Shown: one piece after another, positions 47,231 through 54,874 of the stretch
How positions within the stretch are numbered: position 1 is the first letter of the stretch
Layout of the letters: every line of letters begins with the position of its first letter
Notes under the pieces: model-generated
The model's database searches: none
What the model was told of the DNA's origin: nothing
The model's input: the letters and a program-made list of their open reading frames with translations, nothing else
Assembly (NCBI GenBank): GCA_009928785.1
Contig: SABY01000001.1
Coordinates: 91,184-155,183, forward strand
Reading direction: 5' to 3'
Length of the DNA stretch: 64,000 nt
Source: Clostridia bacterium
GTDB lineage: Bacteria; Bacteroidota; Bacteroidia; Bacteroidales; 4484-276
Program-made: the position numbers and the translations under genes

Positions 47231-48391
47231 ATGAGCAAACTAATCTATCTCGACAACTCAGCAACTTCGTTTCCCAAGCCCGAAGCGGTGTATCAGTTTA
47301 TGGATCAATTTTATCGCCTGCATGGCGTCAGTCCGGGACGTTCCGGCTTCGATGCCGCCATCGAAACCGAAGAAATTGTGCACAACGCCCGCACGCTGCT
47401 TTGCGATCTTTTTAATGGCGATGATCCCAACAGGCTCACCTTTAGTTACAACGCCAGCGACTCGTTGAACATGATTTTGCAAGGGCTGGCGCGCAAAGGC
47501 GATCATGTGGTGACTACCATGCTCGAACACAACTCGGTGCTGCGCCCGTTGTACCATCTTACCCAAGATGGAATTATCGAAACCACGCATGTTCCCTTCG
47601 ACGCCAACGGCTACGTGCATCCCGACGACATCCGAAAAGCCATCCGTAAAAATACGCGTATGGTAGTGGTAAATCATAGTTCTAATGTAATTGGCACATT
47701 GCAGCCGTTGGCCGAAATCGGCGCCATCTGCAAACAACAAGGCGTTATTTTCGTGGTGGACGCCAGCCAGAGCGCAGGCGCTGTGCCCATTGATGTGCAA
47801 GCCATGGGCATCGACGCTCTGGTCTTTACCGGCCATAAATGTTTGATGGGACCTACCGGCATAGGCGGCTCCTACGTTACCGGGGAGTTGCCAGTACGCG
47901 GAACCCGTTTTGGCGGAACAGGCGTGCGCTCGGCACAAAAAACACATCTCACCGAATATCCTTACCGCCTCGAATGCGGCACGCTCAACATTGTAGGCGT
48001 GGCCGGATTGTATGCCGGCACCAAATGGGTGCTCGAACAGGGCATGGAAAAATTGCACCGGCAGGAGTATTTCCTCTACAATAAATTACGCAACGCCCTT
48101 CAAGAGATAGATCGTGTAATAGTGTATTGTGGTAATAATACCGAAAACCAAAATCCGGTGCTGAGCATCAACATCCAAGGGCTGGAAGCCGGCGACCTAG
48201 GTATGATGCTCGATGTGGATTACAACATCGCTACCCGCACAGGGCTGCAATGCGCACCCTTGGTACATACGGGGCTGGGCACCGACAAAATTCATGGCAC
48301 GGTGCGGCTGAGCATCGGGCCACTCAACGAGGAAGCGCATGTGGATGCTGCCATCGAAGCCATTCGTGAGATAGCTACGCTGCCACGGTAA
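47231..48391 (+). CDS. Class V aminotransferase-fold cysteine desulfurase family protein (short-N-terminus EF2568-like type; possible selenocysteine lyase)
   Basis: IYLDNSATSFPKP start, PLP lysine in FTGHKCLMGPTGIGG, and active-site Cys in ATRTGLQCAPLVH. Confidence 0.8.
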   Translation: MSKLIYLDNSATSFPKPEAVYQFMDQFYRLHGVSPGRSGFDAAIETEEIVHNARTLLCDLFNGDDPNRLTFSYNASDSLNMILQGLARKGDHVVTTMLEHNSVLRPLYHLTQDGIIETTHVPFDANGYVHPDDIRKAIRKNTRMVVVNHSSNVIGTLQPLAEIGAICKQQGVIFVVDASQSAGAVPIDVQAMGIDALVFTGHKCLMGPTGIGGSYVTGELPVRGTRFGGTGVRSAQKTHLTEYPYRLECGTLNIVGVAGLYAGTKWVLEQGMEKLHRQEYFLYNKLRNALQEIDRVIVYCGNNTENQNPVLSINIQGLEAGDLGMMLDVDYNIATRTGLQCAPLVHTGLGTDKIHGTVRLSIGPLNEEAHVDAAIEAIREIATLPR

Positions 48392-48471
48392 TATTAGCAG
48401 GCTTTGGGCGTTTGAAGTTTTATTTTTTAATAAATAACACTACCGCCAGGTTAAATTGATAATTTTGATTT

Positions 48472-48618
48472 TAGATTCTTCACTTCACTTCGTTTCGTTC
48501 AGAATGACAGTTGCTTAGGAGTCCGGGGTGAGGGGTGGGTGGCGGCGAAGCCGCCACCCACCCCTCACCCTCATAAATACTCGAAAACCCTTGTCATTCT
48601 GAGCGTAGCCAAGAATCT
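48472..48618. repeat. Nested-hairpin MITE/REP-like element (same family as 14334-14487)
   Basis: Outer arms agattcttcacttcacttcgtttcgttcagaatgac / gtcattctgagcgtagccaagaatct flank a perfect 21-bp stem: gggtgaggggtgggtggcggc-gaa-gccgccacccacccctcaccc (48526-48570). Confidence 0.85.
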
Positions 48619-48674
48619 ATAATTTTGAATCGGACAGTAGTGTAAATTAATTATTCACCAAATTTTAAACCTCT

Positions 48675-49265
48675 ATGAAAAAATTCAGAATGCTTTTGAT
48701 GCTGCTGATGGCAGTTATTGTGCTGGCTCCCGGCTGCAAAGACGACGACGACGACAAAACACCCTCCAACTCCATGAACGTTGCCGGCACCAATTACGAA
48801 ATGTCGCAGGCGATACTCGAAAATTATGGCCAGTTTTCAGGAAGCGGGTATAACTTTGATTTGGTGCTTCTTTCGCCGGGATTTGTAATTCACGAAGTCA
48901 ATGGAGAGTTGGATTCTGTTTCAGGTGTGGGTCATGGTATTAGCTTTGAAATTTTTACGGCAACTGAAGATTTCCTAAGTAGCGGCGAATACACCTATGA
49001 CGCCGACGGAACCGAAAACCCCGGAACCTTCGACGATGGAACAGCCGTCGTGGAGTTTAACAGCACTACTGAGAACGGAACCTATTACGACATCACCGAT
49101 GGCAAGCTGACTGTGGAAAAAAGCGGCACTACCTATACTTTTAGCTTTGATGGAACAGCCACTAACGATGTAAAAATTAGTGCTTATTATAAAGGTGTAC
49201 CCATAATCTATGATTACAGCGACGATTCGAAGTCGGCAAAAGCTTCACACCGGATTTTCTGGTAG
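48675..49265 (+). CDS. Hypothetical lipoprotein
   Basis: Lipobox LAPGC followed by an acidic KDDDDDK linker. No recognisable domain. Confidence 0.6.
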   Translation: MKKFRMLLMLLMAVIVLAPGCKDDDDDKTPSNSMNVAGTNYEMSQAILENYGQFSGSGYNFDLVLLSPGFVIHEVNGELDSVSGVGHGISFEIFTATEDFLSSGEYTYDADGTENPGTFDDGTAVVEFNSTTENGTYYDITDGKLTVEKSGTTYTFSFDGTATNDVKISAYYKGVPIIYDYSDDSKSAKASHRIFW

Positions 49266-49288
49266 GATTTTGTTTTTTAAAATGCATA

Positions 49289-49325
49289 AAACCTGTGGTA
49301 GCTTCGGTTGTCGCAGGTTTTTTTC
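49289..49325 (+). terminator. Intrinsic terminator after the lipoprotein gene
   Basis: Stem aaacctgtgg / tcgcaggttt around a tagcttcggt loop region, followed by a T-run. Confidence 0.55.
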
Positions 49326-49359
49326 GTTTACGGCGATAGAGAGAAGACAAAAATCATTT

Positions 49360-49688
49360 TTCACCACAAAGGCACGGAAACACAGAGAAAAACAAAAGCC
49401 TTTTCACCACAGAGTCACGAAGGCACAGAGAAAAATTAGAAGAGATGTTTTTTCAAATTCTTCCTTTGTGTCGTTGTGTCTCCGTGGTTATTCTTAGTTT
49501 TCTGTATTTTCACCACAAAGGCACGAAGACACAGAGAAAAACAAAAGCCTTTTCACCACAGAGGCACGAAGGCACAGAGAAAAATTAGAAGAGATGTTTT
49601 TTCAAATTCTTCCTTTGTGTCGTTGTGTCTCCGTGGTTTTTCTTAGTTCTGTAATTTCACCACAAAGGCACGAAGGCACAGAGATTAT
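49360..49688. repeat. 147-149-bp tandem repeat, 2.2 copies, each with internal inverted repeats
   Basis: Units start at 49360, 49509 and 49656 (ttcaccacaaaggcacg...). Each unit contains caccacagaggcacgaaggcacagagaaaaa and the inverted cctttgtgtcgttgtgtctccgtgg. Confidence 0.9.
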
Positions 49689-49693
49689 CTTTT

Positions 49694-50980
49694 CTATTGC
49701 CGCCAGTAATAGATGGCGTTGTACCATTGCTCCTTAAACTGCGGGTCGCGTTGAAGTTCGTAGTCGTTGTTGGTAAAGGGATTGATGGCGCGGATAAAGT
49801 CGAAACGCAGAAACACTCTGTTGCCCTGCCGGCCATAAATCCAGGTTTCGATGTCGTGCCGGCGATACACCGTCGAAGGTGCACCATATATAATGTACAA
49901 CATGCCGCGATCGGTTTTCCAGCCTTCTTTGTAGGAAGTGAAAAAGCGATTGGCATATTGCACCCGGCTGTAATAATCGCGGATAAGTTCGGTGGCTCGT
50001 TCGGGATTGCCCGCCGTAGCTATCCAAAAGCTGTCAACAGCTTGCTGCGGATCTGGTCTGAGCGCCAGCTTTTCGTACTCTGCATTGGAGGTGAGATACC
50101 GCATGGGTTCCACAAGTTGCTGTGCTTGCGTCACTTCGGGGTAATCATCGTGAAAACGGAAAAGTGTCAACCCTTCGCGCTGTGTGCTGTCTGTTTGAAA
50201 ATGATAAATGCCCTCATTGACATATTGTACGTATTCGCTTTGGCCGTTTGCTGCAGGCAGCAGCGTTATTTTTTGTGGGCGGTAATGATAGGCCTCAGGA
50301 TGTCCTCCCGCAAAGGGCGGTATTGCCGGCGGAAACGTTTCTTCAAAATAGCTCACCACTATTTCACCAATTTCCCGGCTGTTGCTTCTCACATTAAATC
50401 TTGTCTTCCAGCTAATCCAGTCGGTGTAAATGATGTTGCCATTTTCGTCCACCGGTAAGAAGTTTTGACTGTTGTAGGCCGAATTCTTATAAATCATCCG
50501 CGGATAGAGCACAGATTCATCTTTATTAAGATCAGTAAACTGAACTTGTAGCAGGTAGGTTTCGGGAGCAAAAGCGCGCACCGAAAAATCGAAAGTGAGC
50601 ACAGCCGGACTGGTTGCAAAAAGCGAATCAGAAAAGTCGAACTTTTGTTCGTCGAGAACGGTACTGCTCTCGTACGACGAAAAAAGTTGGTAAGTGAAGC
50701 GATAGTTGGCCTGAAGGTAATTCTTGTTGGGCGGTTGCTGGTAAAGGAGGCCGCTGGTACTGTATTGCAGATAAACACGTGAAAGGCTGTCGGTTTCATG
50801 AAAAATCCGTATGCCGCTAATGGCTCTTTCTTCGTCGGGCTGATAGTGTGCAGACAGATTGGTGTAGGTGGTTTCGTTGGTGGTTTTGCAGGTGGCTGTA
50901 GCCAAAATAATGGCAATCAGCAGCAACACATTTTTCCAGCGCCGGTTTTGGTATAAATGGATACATCGGATTGTGGTCAT
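49694..50980 (-). CDS. GWxTD domain-containing protein
   Basis: C-terminal SYKEGWKTDRGMLYIIYGAPSTVYRRHDIETWIYG matches the GWxTD signature. N-terminal signal/lipoprotein-like sequence. Confidence 0.8.
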   Translation of the reverse strand: MTTIRCIHLYQNRRWKNVLLLIAIILATATCKTTNETTYTNLSAHYQPDEERAISGIRIFHETDSLSRVYLQYSTSGLLYQQPPNKNYLQANYRFTYQLFSSYESSTVLDEQKFDFSDSLFATSPAVLTFDFSVRAFAPETYLLQVQFTDLNKDESVLYPRMIYKNSAYNSQNFLPVDENGNIIYTDWISWKTRFNVRSNSREIGEIVVSYFEETFPPAIPPFAGGHPEAYHYRPQKITLLPAANGQSEYVQYVNEGIYHFQTDSTQREGLTLFRFHDDYPEVTQAQQLVEPMRYLTSNAEYEKLALRPDPQQAVDSFWIATAGNPERATELIRDYYSRVQYANRFFTSYKEGWKTDRGMLYIIYGAPSTVYRRHDIETWIYGRQGNRVFLRFDFIRAINPFTNNDYELQRDPQFKEQWYNAIYYWRQ

Positions 50981-51045
50981 TTTTCTAATTTTTAATTTGA
51001 GTTTCGAAGGTGTTTTTTTAAATCTCTTTTACCGTTTTAATTCGC

Positions 51046-52521
51046 TCACGACTCTTCTTCAATTGTTGATGGAAGCTCTTTTGTCGCCATTCCTCTGTTT
51101 AATTCCGAAACAAGAACCTCGGTTTGGTTTTTTTCTAAATCTCCATTATCCGGTTCCTCGTCGTCATTTGGTGCCGAAGTTATCGCATTTTGTTCGAGGA
51201 TGTTTTTGGGCAGTTGGCGTGTAGTTCGTGCGCCGAGCGCTTTAATTTTTTCAGCGCGGATCACCAGATTGCCTTTGCCGGTGCTTAGCTTGTTATAGGC
51301 TTTGTGGTAACAGTTTTGTGCGGCTTTCAGTTTGTCGCCCACATCGTCGAGGTCGGCCACAAAAGCCACAAATTTATCGTAAAGTTTCCCGCTTTCCGCA
51401 GCTATCGCGAGCACATTGCGGTTTTGGTATTCTTTCTGCCACAGCGCGGCGGTCATTTTCAGGATGGCAATCAGGTTGGAGGGGCCTGCCAACAGCACGC
51501 CTTTGCTAAAAGCATAGTTCCACAACCCGCCGTCGTGGTGCATGGCCAGCATGTAGGCCGGCTCTATGGGCATAAACAGCAGCACAAAGTCGAGGCTGTT
51601 GATTTGATAAATGTGCTGATAGTTCTTGGCCGCCAGTTCGTCGATATGTTTTTTGACGGAAGTCAAATGGTCTTTCAGTTCAGCGATTTGCATCATTTCC
51701 TGCTGGCAGTTGGCGTAGCGTTCGTAGGCTGTAAGCGAAACTTTGGCATCTATCACCACAGTTTTGTCGTCGGGCAGGTGCAGCACCACGTCGGGTTGCA
51801 GGCGGCTGCCGGCCTCATCGGCAAAGGATTTCTGCATTTCAAACTCCCGGCCTTTTACCAGTCCCGACTTTTCCAGCAGCGTCGCCAGAATCATCTCGCC
51901 CCAGCCACCCTGCGTTTTGGCTTGTCCCTTGAGTGCCTGCGTCAGGTTTTGCGCCTCCAGGCTCATCTGTTTGTTAAGTTCGCCCAGCCGTGTCACCTCC
52001 TCTTTGAGCGAAAAGCGTTGTTGTGATTCTTTGTCATAAACCTCTTCAATCTTTTTCTCAAAGTCGCGGATGCGCTCGCCCAGTGGCTTGAGCAGCAGCT
52101 CCATGTTGGCTTTGTTGGTTTCGGTAAAATGGCGGCTCTCGCGGGCAAGGATTTCGTTGGATAGATTTTTGAACTCATCCGAAAATTTGATATAAATTTT
52201 TTCCAGCTCTGCCTTGTTTTCGCTGAGCTTTTGATTGAGGTAATCGATTTGTGTATCCCTGGCGGCCAAATTTGCCGAAAGCAGCATCAGGTCATGCCTG
52301 CGTTCAGTTAGCTCCTTTTCGAGTTGAATCGCTGCCTGACCTTTGTCGTTCAACTGTTGCTGATGCAGCCTGTCTTCGAGTGTGATTTCGTTTAACTGTT
52401 TTTGAAGCAGTTCCCTTGATTTGCTGGCTGCTCCGACCTGTACCCGCGAAATCATAAAGCCTGCAACCGCGCCAATTACAGCACCGGCAAGAAAGATGAT
52501 GAGCATGAAGAATAGATCCAT
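51046..52521 (-). CDS. rmuC: DNA recombination protein RmuC
   Basis: N-terminal TM helix, long coiled coil, and a C-terminal RmuC nuclease-like domain (VVIDAKVSLTAY...FVLLFMPIEPAY). Confidence 0.85.
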   Translation of the reverse strand: MDLFFMLIIFLAGAVIGAVAGFMISRVQVGAASKSRELLQKQLNEITLEDRLHQQQLNDKGQAAIQLEKELTERRHDLMLLSANLAARDTQIDYLNQKLSENKAELEKIYIKFSDEFKNLSNEILARESRHFTETNKANMELLLKPLGERIRDFEKKIEEVYDKESQQRFSLKEEVTRLGELNKQMSLEAQNLTQALKGQAKTQGGWGEMILATLLEKSGLVKGREFEMQKSFADEAGSRLQPDVVLHLPDDKTVVIDAKVSLTAYERYANCQQEMMQIAELKDHLTSVKKHIDELAAKNYQHIYQINSLDFVLLFMPIEPAYMLAMHHDGGLWNYAFSKGVLLAGPSNLIAILKMTAALWQKEYQNRNVLAIAAESGKLYDKFVAFVADLDDVGDKLKAAQNCYHKAYNKLSTGKGNLVIRAEKIKALGARTTRQLPKNILEQNAITSAPNDDEEPDNGDLEKNQTEVLVSELNRGMATKELPSTIEEES

Positions 52522-52648
52522 ATTTTATAATTTGCGATAAAAATATCAAAAAATGAGCAGTCGCGGATGATTCATGGAACTCTTCAAAATTATTTTACCT
52601 TTAAGCCCTTAATATTTTTTTATTAAACCCATAAAAACAATAAGCCGT

Positions 52649-53458
52649 ATGATTTCAAAAACTTGTCATTTGTTGATGTTGATGATAGCAGCATTTCCAG
52701 CCATAGCGCAGATGGGCACTTTTGTGGACGCACAACCTTATGGTGGCAAATCGGCTATGCGGGACCTGATGAAACAAGAAATGGTTTACCCGGCAGCGGC
52801 TCGGGATGCGGATCAGGAGGGCACAGTAAAAGTTGCTTTCATCGTAAAAAGTGATGGTAGCATTGCCGATGCAAAGGTGGTGCAATCGGCTGGTGCGGCT
52901 CTCGATAAAGAAGCGCTGCGGCTTTTCCTTCTTTTGCAGTGGGTTCCGGCAATGGCCAACGGCGTGTATATCGATCAATGGCAGGAAACACCTATCGTTT
53001 TTGATTTAAAAAAATACAACCGTTGTATCCGGCAGCGTGGCTACGACCAATTGCCTTTTCCGCATGAGCTGGTAAGCGACTCGCACAAAATATATCCTGT
53101 ATCGCAACTTGACTCGCCACCCCATCCTTTGTTTGATGAGAAAAGCACATCCTTTTCTGATTTTATCAATCAAAACCTGCAATATCCCGATGCTGCGATG
53201 AAGCAAGGTGTGTCGGGAACGGTGGAGCTTTATTTTGTGGCAGAGCCATCCGGAAATGTGAGCAACATCAAAGTGGTGCAAAGTGTAGGAGCCGGCTGCA
53301 ATGAAGAGGCAATACGACTGCTACAAATGATGCGCTGGTTCCCGGGCATCAAGGCGGGGGCGGCTGTACGCACCGCACTTACGCTCAAAATCACTTTTGG
53401 CCTAAGCAATCAAAATAAGCATCAGTACGTTCCTGCTAACAATGCCAACCAGATATAA
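52649..53458 (+). CDS. Periplasmic protein with two tandem TonB C-terminal-like domains
   Basis: Signal peptide, then two copies of the pattern YP..A......GTV.v.F.V...G......V.S.G...L..EA.R........P. Confidence 0.7.
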   Translation: MISKTCHLLMLMIAAFPAIAQMGTFVDAQPYGGKSAMRDLMKQEMVYPAAARDADQEGTVKVAFIVKSDGSIADAKVVQSAGAALDKEALRLFLLLQWVPAMANGVYIDQWQETPIVFDLKKYNRCIRQRGYDQLPFPHELVSDSHKIYPVSQLDSPPHPLFDEKSTSFSDFINQNLQYPDAAMKQGVSGTVELYFVAEPSGNVSNIKVVQSVGAGCNEEAIRLLQMMRWFPGIKAGAAVRTALTLKITFGLSNQNKHQYVPANNANQI

Positions 53459-53461
53459 ACA

Positions 53462-53962
53462 ATGATACGAATCGGACTTTTAAGCGATACCCACGGAAGC
53501 CTCCCGGCAAATGCTGCCGATTTTTTTTTGGGCTGCCGCCAGATATGGCATGCCGGCGATATTGGCGAATCAAAGGTAATTGATGAGTTGCGCAAGCTGG
53601 CCGTAGTAAAGGCAGTGTATGGCAATATCGATGGCTCAGATGTTCGGCTGCAGTTTCCCGAAATTATAGTGGAACAAATCGAACAGACAAAGCTGGCGAT
53701 GATGCACATTGGCGGATACCCCGGCAGATATACTCCCGCAGCCCGCAGCATAATAGCGGCGGAGCACCCGTCGATATTCATCTCCGGGCACTCGCATATC
53801 CTCAAAGTGATCTTCGACCAAAAGAATAATCTCTTGCACCTAAATCCAGGTGCGGCCGGCAAATCAGGCATTCATACCATTATCACCATGATGCGTTTCG
53901 ACATCGACGGGAAAGAGATCAAAAATTTGGAAATATTCGAGAAAACGCGAGCTACGCGCTAA
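53462..53962 (+). CDS. Metallophosphoesterase family protein (YfcE/MJ0936-like)
   Basis: IGLLSDTHG, HAGD and SGHSH motifs. Confidence 0.85.
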   Translation: MIRIGLLSDTHGSLPANAADFFLGCRQIWHAGDIGESKVIDELRKLAVVKAVYGNIDGSDVRLQFPEIIVEQIEQTKLAMMHIGGYPGRYTPAARSIIAAEHPSIFISGHSHILKVIFDQKNNLLHLNPGAAGKSGIHTIITMMRFDIDGKEIKNLEIFEKTRATR

Positions 53963-54438
53963 CGCAGTCGATTGGCAGAGCGTATCAGCTTCTCATCTTT
54001 GCGGATGTAGCGGTTGGCCAAAAAAATCATCACCAACGATACGAGCGGAAATACAGTGGCAATCTGGTAATCGGCGGTAGCTCCGGTAGCTGTTTCGAGC
54101 ATAGATACATAATAGAATATGCCTCCGATGAGCAATACATTCAAAAAGATGTTCAAAAGATTCAATCTGTTTTGCAGCATACGCCGTTTGTATTGGAAGA
54201 TAGTAATAAAAGCGATGAGAATGATCACAAACTGACCCAGTGCCAGCGGCAGCGTAAACCAGCGGCCATAAGCCGAAGCAGCATTGCCAAAAGGAGCCGG
54301 CGACAAGTTCTCGACAGAATAAAGGTAAAAACGTAGCATGTCCATTTCGCCCGCAAATTCAGCGATGGGAAACGTAAGCGTAAGCACACCAAAAACGGCC
54401 ACCAAGAACAGAAATACCGATTGAATACGTTGAAGCAT
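53959..54438 (-). CDS. DUF4293-like small membrane protein
   Basis: MLQRIQSVFLFLVAV start and 4 TM helices. Conserved position divergent from rho in Bacteroidota. Confidence 0.65.
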   Translation of the reverse strand: MLQRIQSVFLFLVAVFGVLTLTFPIAEFAGEMDMLRFYLYSVENLSPAPFGNAASAYGRWFTLPLALGQFVIILIAFITIFQYKRRMLQNRLNLLNIFLNVLLIGGIFYYVSMLETATGATADYQIATVFPLVSLVMIFLANRYIRKDEKLIRSANRLR

Positions 54439-54581
54439 GTATGAATGATTTTAATTTTATAAAAATAAAAGTGCGGCAAATATACGATCATTTGGGGCTT
54501 TGAGCAGTTGGGAATGTCAAGATTTGTAACAAAATAAAACATAAAAAATTTATCATAAAATGCGACGGTATCAAAAATAGT

Positions 54582-54589
54582 TATCTTTG
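54582..54589 (+). promoter_or_regulatory. Bacteroidota -7 promoter box giving a roughly 280-nt rho leader
   Basis: tatctttg is an exact TAnnTTTG match. The first 90 nt downstream are C-rich and G-poor. Confidence 0.4.
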
Positions 54590-54874
54590 CCGCCTTGAAA
54601 CTTAAACTTTCATCAATCATTTATCTCAATTTCTTTGATAAATTTCCATTTTACAATTCCACGCACAATATAAAAGAGCTGCTGCTAAGGTAGTTGGCAC
54701 TCATTTATTTTGTTGCCCGACAACCAACCAACATTTTCTTCAAGACAGATCAGTTGCGGCTAACATTTGTAAGGATCAATTTATTAATAAACAATACTGC
54801 TGTGGTGCCGGATAAAAGCCCTGATAGTGCCAAGAGTAACACTTGAGGATTTCAGAAAATAAATTTTTACATTC

